From: Eledone cirrhosa
Lineage: Eukaryota
Assembly: GCA_964016885.1 (NCBI GenBank)
Contig: OZ024747.1
Span: 70,556,001-70,620,000 of the forward strand
Direction: 5' to 3'
DNA: 64,000 nucleotides
Shown here: piece after piece, positions 57,031-64,000 of the stretch
Numbering within the stretch: the first letter of the stretch is position 1
Layout: each line of letters starts with the position of its first letter
Position numbers and translations under genes: made by a program
The notes under the pieces: generated by a model
What the model was told of the DNA's origin: nothing
The model's input: the letters and a program-made list of their open reading frames with translations, nothing else
Database searches by the model: none

Positions 57031-59394
57031 CCCTCTACCAATAATGCCAAGCATTCCAAGTGGATGTAAACTGTGGACCAGGGAGACGAAGAAAGACATG
57101 AGATTAAGTGGTTAAATCTGATAAAAGAAAGAAGGGTGAACTTCAGAAAAAAGATGACAAAAGACTGTCCCTTGTGATGAAGGGCTGCATTGAAAAGGAT
57201 GTTTACAATACATCTAGCATGGGAAAATGAATGCACAACTGATGTAGGTAGTAATAATGGAGATAGGAATGTTTAGGTTTCCTCTGACTTTCATGCACAC
57301 ATATACCAGAATATATATGGTAGCTGGGATATAAATATTTGTTTACACACACACACATTATATATATATATAAATGTTTATATGTATAAACAAGTATTTA
57401 TATTCCAACTATCACATAATCTGATTGATTAGTTTATAGTGCACACAATTATATTTGTATATAAGTGTGTATTTGAATTTGTCCTTACATTTTGATTTAA
57501 AGCATAATATGCTTTTACTTGAAACTAATAATCACATAACGTATGTATGTTACTCCATATCCTAGGTAGTTGAAGTTGATATTAACCTAGAATGCTGCAT
57601 CTTCTTTCCTCTGCCCATTTGTAGGAAATATGAATTTATTAGTTTCTAAAATTCATAATTAAGCTTTGTCCTTCTGTTATTGCATAAATAAAAATAGGAA
57701 ATTTCTAACATAGACACAACAGTCCAGCAAAGAATGGATTTAATTACATTGTCCCTAGTTTTTTTCCAAATTTGTCTTTCATTGGCCCTTGAAAGATAGA
57801 AAACAAAGTTAAAAGTAAGTGTAATTTAAACACTTGAAAATAAAGTGACAAAACTACATAGGGTTGGACATTTTCTTTATTTTTCTCATATTCTGCTAAT
57901 TCACAGCCCTTTGTTAATCAGTAAAGAAATATTGTGTATCATTATCTTCATCTTCATCATTGTTTAACATCCACTTTTTCAGCTAGCTAGATTTGGAACT
58001 TAAGTGGGGCTACCGACCTGCCAGATAGGCCTAGGGGCCTGCATCTCACTTATGTACAGTCATATGTTCTCTCAAAGGCTAGGAGACTTTGTTATGTCTT
58101 TTGATACAAACTAAAGGGTCTTCCCAACTTCTTATTTGACAATTTTTCTATAGCTGGAGCCATTTCCTAATGCCAACCACTTCACAGCATGTACTGGGTG
58201 CTTTCTATGGCTGGATGCCCTTCCTATCACAAATTGCTTTACAGTGTGTACCGGGTGCATTTATCATTTTAGAAAATATAAAACATTTGAAAATATCGAT
58301 TTCTAAAATAGGCATAATACCTCAAATTTAGTGAAGAGACATAATTGTTTGCATGAAAATCATGACTTGAGCTGTGCTTTATTTTACCAACTCTAGAAGG
58401 ATAGAAGGCATAGTGAACCTTTGTGTGAATTGTACTCAGAATTTAAAGAGCTAGAACAAATAGAGCAATGGATTTTGTCCAGTAGACTAATGAATCAGCC
58501 ATTCAACTATTCTAATATTTTGAATTGAATCAATTACTGCTGATACTATTTACTAGTCACAACTCCTAGCAGAGAGAGCAATGGGGAATACAGTGTCATG
58601 TTCAAGGACATAATGTGTCACTCAGTCAAGGAATCGAACTCACAATCTCAAACCAATAAGCCATGAAGCTTCACTTTGAAGCTATTAAATATTTTAATAT
58701 CTAAGAATAATCATTATAATAAGATTATTATTATCAAACAATTAAAATAATTGATTTTTCAGTGTTTTGAGAAATTTCAAAGATTTAAAAAATATTCATG
58801 TAATTATGTAAAACAATAATAATAATTGTTTCTACTTTAGCCACAAGGCCAGCAATTACCCAGTGCATTGCTGGTATAATAATAATAATACTGAAAAACA
58901 ATTCTCTAAAGATGGTGTTAATAGTGAGAAAAGAAACAGCATTTAATTATTTTAATTATGTGGTAAGTTCCTTTATAGTATCTTGTTAAATATATGTGGA
59001 AAATTAATTGGGATCAGGGGTTGCAAACCCCTTGACTGAAGGCAAAATTGCATCCAGTTACAAATTTGAAGCTAACAATTAACAGAGTTCCGAAAAACAT
59101 AAATCTATTTATTGGTTTAAGTTTTAAGATCAAAACAAAATTTTATGTATGATACATAACTGTGAATTTGGAAAATTATGTATTTTTAATTATTTCACCA
59201 GGTATGTATGTTTCATTTGCCTCGAGGAAACACATTGCTCCTCATGGCTAAAGAAACATGTATACCTGGTAGGGTGCCGTTGTAGTAACTGGCCTTAATG
59301 ATTATATTTAAACTCACCCTATTGACTTGAGTTGCTCTATAACTTGACTATCTTTACCAACCCATTACTACTATATATATATATATATATAAGT

Positions 59395-59648
59395 CTAAAG
59401 TCTGTCTTAAGCCAGTGCTTGGTTTCATGGCGTGAAGCGACTGCGAGTATAAGACTTCCATCTGGACAGGATGCCAGTCCATCGCAGGGTTAAACCCGCA
59501 GCTATTACTGGTACTCATTTTTAGCTGAGTATACTGGAACAACGTGAAATGAAGTGTTTTGCAGAGCACAACGCGCAACCCAGGAATCAAACCCATGACA
59601 TTATGATCGTAAGTCCAACACCCTTACTACTAGGACACTTGCCTCCAC
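59395..59648 (-). mobile_element. tRNA-SINE with family-B-like head and core
   Basis: Minus strand GGAGGCAAGTGTCCTAGTAG...GGGTTTGATTCC...GCAAAACACTTCATTTCACGTTGTTCCAGT...GATGGACTGGCATCCTGTCCAG. Confidence 0.7.
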
Positions 59649-60145
59649 CATACATATATATATATTCATATTGATGGCATGAAAAAAGCCGTCAGTCCAC
59701 CTTGTAAGGTGGTCATGCTGGTGACTCATCAAAAAGTGCCCAGCCCAGCCAGTAAAGTGGTCACGCTAGTGACAACGGAGACTGCTCAGTCAACACTGTA
59801 ATGTGGTTCAAGTTAGGGAGAGCATCCGGACATAGAAACTAAGGCATGCAGTGGCATCAAACCTGGAACCCAATTATTGGGAACAGAATGTCTTAACCAT
59901 TCAGCCACACTGCATATGTATATGCAGGGAAAGCAGACGTTAAACTGACGATGACGATATATATATATGTGTGTGTGTGCGTGCGTGTATATACATACCT
60001 ATATATATGTCTCTCTCTCGCTCTGTATATATATATATATATATATCATCATCATTTAACCTCTATTTTCCATATTAGCATGGGTTATATATATATATAA
60101 CCTATGCTAACATGGAAAATAGAGATATGATAAGGATGATGATGA

Positions 60146-60225
<80 letters not shown>

Positions 60226-61119
60226 CGATAGACATAGATATATAGGCATGTATACACATATATTTACATGGAAAATAGACGTTAAATGATGATGATATAT
60301 ATATATATATCATCATACGTCTATTTAACGTCTATTTTCCATATATATATATAGCATGATAATACTATGACTATGTTTACATCTCCACAATAACTTTTAG
60401 CTTCATACCAAAGACAATTTAAGATACTACAACAGCTATATAACATCGTCTCTTACATAGTCTATTAATGAATGACATATTGGCATTGGGGGTTTTGAGT
60501 GCTTGTGGCAGTGTGGCTGTAAATCTGCTATATGTAACATAAATTGATGTGTGTTTGTGTGTGTCTGTGTATATCTGTGTGCTACAAAGCACATAGGAAA
60601 TAGATGTTTGCTTGATTATTCAGTGTGTATGAAATAATATGTGTGACTGTATTTCTATGCAACACAGAATTACATATATGTTGACTACACATTTTTGTAT
60701 GTGTATTCATGTGTGTGTGATGATGATGGTGGTGGGGAGGCATAATACATGTATACATGCATGTGTATATATATATATACATGTGTGAACAAACTCGCCA
60801 GCTTCATTATAGAATATGAGTTATGATGAACAAATATAGTTGTATGTGAGAGAAACAAGTACTAGAGACATGATGCATGCAGATATGAGTGTGAAACTAT
60901 TCTAGTGTAAAACTGTTTCTACTTGGATTGAAGACGAGTATCTCTGTGTGAACTTATGAATGAGTGGATGCAAGAAAGTTTTGGACGGCTTATGGTCGTT
61001 TTCAACCATAAAACCTCAAATTCTATATAGTAGTAATGGACAAATGATTGGCTTATATCTGGATATAGACCAAGAAAAGTGAATATGTGTTAATGTGACA
61101 GGAATCACATATACATACA

Positions 61120-61163
<44 letters not shown>

Positions 61164-61376
61164 TATACATATAATGTGTATGTAGAAATATATGCATGTA
61201 TGTATATATATATATATATATATATAAGCATATTAGCAGTTGCACAAATATAGCTCAGTTCATAATAGGGGTGTATATGAAAGCATATAAGGTATGTTTA
61301 TGTATAATAAACAGAGTCTTGCAATAAATGATTTAAGCTGCGATCATTTCACACGTATCTCAGTAGTTTGTGACAG

Positions 61377-61419
61377 TACCAGACTGTTATTTCTGGATTT
61401 TCATCCTTCATCAGTGACA
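61377..61419 (-). ncRNA. Solo minimal HHR motif
   Basis: TGTCA CTGATGA A GGAT-GAAA-ATCC A GAA ATAACAGT C TGGTA. Confidence 0.55.
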
Positions 61420-61964
61420 TTTCCTCAGATAGAAAAGACTTCTACAAATTAGGATTGTTTCATTCAACTGAATGAAATAGTATTAGTTCTGTAGAAGTCA
61501 TTTCTATCTGAAATAAATTATGTACCCTCTCTACTTATTGGATTGAGTACCTTATTTGGTCCTACACAAGATTTGATCACTTTAAATAAATCATCACTGA
61601 GGTACTCCATCAGTTTAGCAGTCACATTCATAGAACAGCAATATGTGTGCTGGTGAGAGAGTGAAAGTAAAAAGAATGGGTAAAGGATATTATTGGAAGT
61701 CTGGCAGTCTACACAGTAGTGACCATTGTGTTATGGGCCTTTCTAACAATAATCAGTGAGACATAAAACTGTTTCTGCAATTTGGGGAGTGGGTAAGAAA
61801 ATGATTCCTATACATTGCTTGCACACTTCTTAAGCTTGGCAGCCGACTGCAGCAGCCTGATTTTCTAGTAACGCAGCTCCTGGACCAGAGAGATACACCC
61901 ACTGACTACCTTAGTAAAAACTGCTGGATCAATGGGAGAATCTATCATCATCATTATCACCAAA

Positions 61965-62155
61965 CGGTGGATTGGCAGTATCGGTAGAGAGTCGGACACC
62001 ATGCTTTGAAGCATAGAGTTTCATCCCTTTATGATCTGAGTTCAAATCCCACCAAGGATAACTTTGCCCTTCATCCTTACGGGATCGATAAAATAAAATA
62101 CCAGTAATGTACTGGGTAATTGCTGGCCTTGTGCCTAAAAATAGAAACAATTATC
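61965..62155 (+). mobile_element. Family-A SINE
   Basis: Homologous to the other copies. Confidence 0.85.
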
Positions 62156-62437
62156 ATCATATATATATATGTAGATGCTTTTGATCACAGCTTTTCAAAA
62201 TATGGCCAACTAAACTAAACACTCCTGTCAACAGCTTTCCAAGAGACTGTGAAAAGAATAGTCTTGCTTTTTCTCAAAGAATTTTTTTTGTTCCTGCCCC
62301 TGCTCCATCTGCTCTCTCTATCTATATCTTATTTAATTTCTCATTTTCTTTCCTGTTGAAGGATTAGCATCCAAAACCAATATATTTTTTCATTGCACTG
62401 TTTCGTTTTTGTTGTTTCTGTTTAATTTTTGCATATA

Positions 62438-62960
62438 TGTCAGGTCACCAGTTGGTGCTACTGGTAACATGTATCCCAGTACAACCTGTCTCATGGTCGG
62501 GTCGTTGGTGACTAAACTGAAAACCCCACCAAGGTTTCTTGGTGAGGAGGGTGATTTGGACATCCTGCAGGACTAAAAACAAAACCTGTCAAAGGGCAAA
62601 GGAGCTCTTAAGAGTCAATGGCCATCCAAAATCACCAGGAGAGATGACACCTTAGCCTTTGTCAAGGCAGAATTCTAGGAGAAGGAAAACTCTGATATAA
62701 CACCTGCAACCCTGATGGTATCCAATGATTATGACTTGTTCTTCTTTTTGGTAAATATCATCTTGGTTAAGAGAGTGGGACTGGCTTTGTGCAGTGCCTT
62801 TGCTCACTATAAAAGCTTCACGGCACAGGCATTGCTTTATATCTGGAGATCTCTCTGCACTTGTCATCACATGGTACCATGGGCCCAGCACTATGTGTCA
62901 ATAATTGTCACAAGTGTAGTGTTTGTACCAGAGTTTTCAAGTCGCTGGCTGGACTAAAAA
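62438..62960. repeat. About 520-bp dispersed repeat, copy 2
   Basis: Near-identical to 24827-25350. Confidence 0.9.
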
Positions 62961-63321
62961 GATTTATCTTTATATATATATATATATTTATATAACAATG
63001 AAGGTGTGGTAAGATACCAGGTGGACCATAACACACCAGAGTACTCGATACTTGAGGTAGTAGAGTGGGTAATAGGATAAACGTCAGGACTTCGATGGCT
63101 GAGCTCCGGTCATTCCGAGCTCAACCATTGGAGTCCTGACTCTTTTCCTATGTATTTATGTATGTATGTATATATATATATATATATATAAATATATATA
63201 TATATTATACACACATACATATATATGTGTGTTTATAGAAATCTGTAGATGAAAGATCAAGGAAAACAGTGCTCAATCTGTTGCAAGAGAGCTTATTTAG
63301 TTTAAACAAAGTTTTATACAT

Positions 63322-63548
63322 TTAACACGTACATGCAACCATTGGTTTTGAGGTCCAGTTATGGCCATTACTGTATATTGATTGGTGGAGGCACTTTTAA
63401 ACTGGCCCTTCATTTGGGCACATAGACAGACTTACAAAATGGGAAGTCCCCATACCCAAATGAAGGGCCAGTTTAAAAGTGTGTACTCCAATATACAGTG
63501 GTGGCCATAACCAGATCATGAAACCAATGATTGCACATATATGTTAAG
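63322..63548. repeat. Imperfect fold-back element
   Basis: Arms include CACTTTTAAACTGGCCCTTCATTTGGG / CCCAAATGAAGGGCCAGTTTAAAAGTG. Confidence 0.8.
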
Positions 63549-63573
63549 TGATTGAAACTTTGTTTATACTATA

Positions 63574-63605
<32 letters not shown>

Positions 63606-63609
63606 AAAC

Positions 63610-63813
63610 AAAGAAAGTGTGTAAGAAACCAGGTGGACCATAATGCACCAGAGTACTCAATACTTAGAGTAGTAGTAATAGGAATGGGTAATGGGAAAAG
63701 AGTCAGGACCCTGATGGCTGAGCTCCAGCTGTTTTGACAGCTAGATCTGACTGGTGGCTTATTTCGGATCTAGCTGTTGAAATGGCTGGAGCTCAGCCGT
63801 TGGGGTCCTGACT

Positions 63814-63817
<4 letters not shown>
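63610..63817. mobile_element. pLTR copy of the 16441 family ending in a fold-back
   Basis: Homologous to 16441-16570. Palindrome at 63697-63817. Confidence 0.75.
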
Positions 63818-63862
<45 letters not shown>

Positions 63863-64000
63863 AGCATGAAGAGCAAATAGACAAAATTTACCTAATTTTT
63901 CCTCATAGCCCCAAAAGAATTAAATAAATAAGTAATCAATTATTCAGAGGTATATATAATTATAAGTGAGAAGAAAAAATAGACAAAATTTACTCAATTA

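Overview
AT-rich, microsatellite-saturated eukaryotic DNA. The SINE/RTE/Penelope repertoire resembles octopod cephalopod genomes (inference from remembered repeat families, not a search). Host-gene content is small: two phase-compatible coding exons at 346-550 and 1633-1842, plus a possible terminal exon at 4883. The rest is repeats. These include Penelope-like retroelement (PLE) copies from at least three lineages (Hydra-like, Nematis-like, Neptune-like), RTE LINE 3' fragments, two tRNA-SINE superfamilies, small DNA-transposon MITEs, a 5S rRNA pseudogene, a 24-bp minisatellite and (TA)n/(GGT)n tracts. The most notable hidden layer is a dense set of type-I hammerhead-ribozyme (HHR) motifs from about eight unrelated sequence families. 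They sit in PLE pseudo-LTRs and in short fold-back elements inserted in (TA)n. Several have non-canonical cores: a U3-A8 covariant core, a core lacking N7, and greatly expanded stem II. Almost all ORFs in the supplied track are microsatellite or repeat artefacts. Coordinates were counted by hand and may be off by a few bases.
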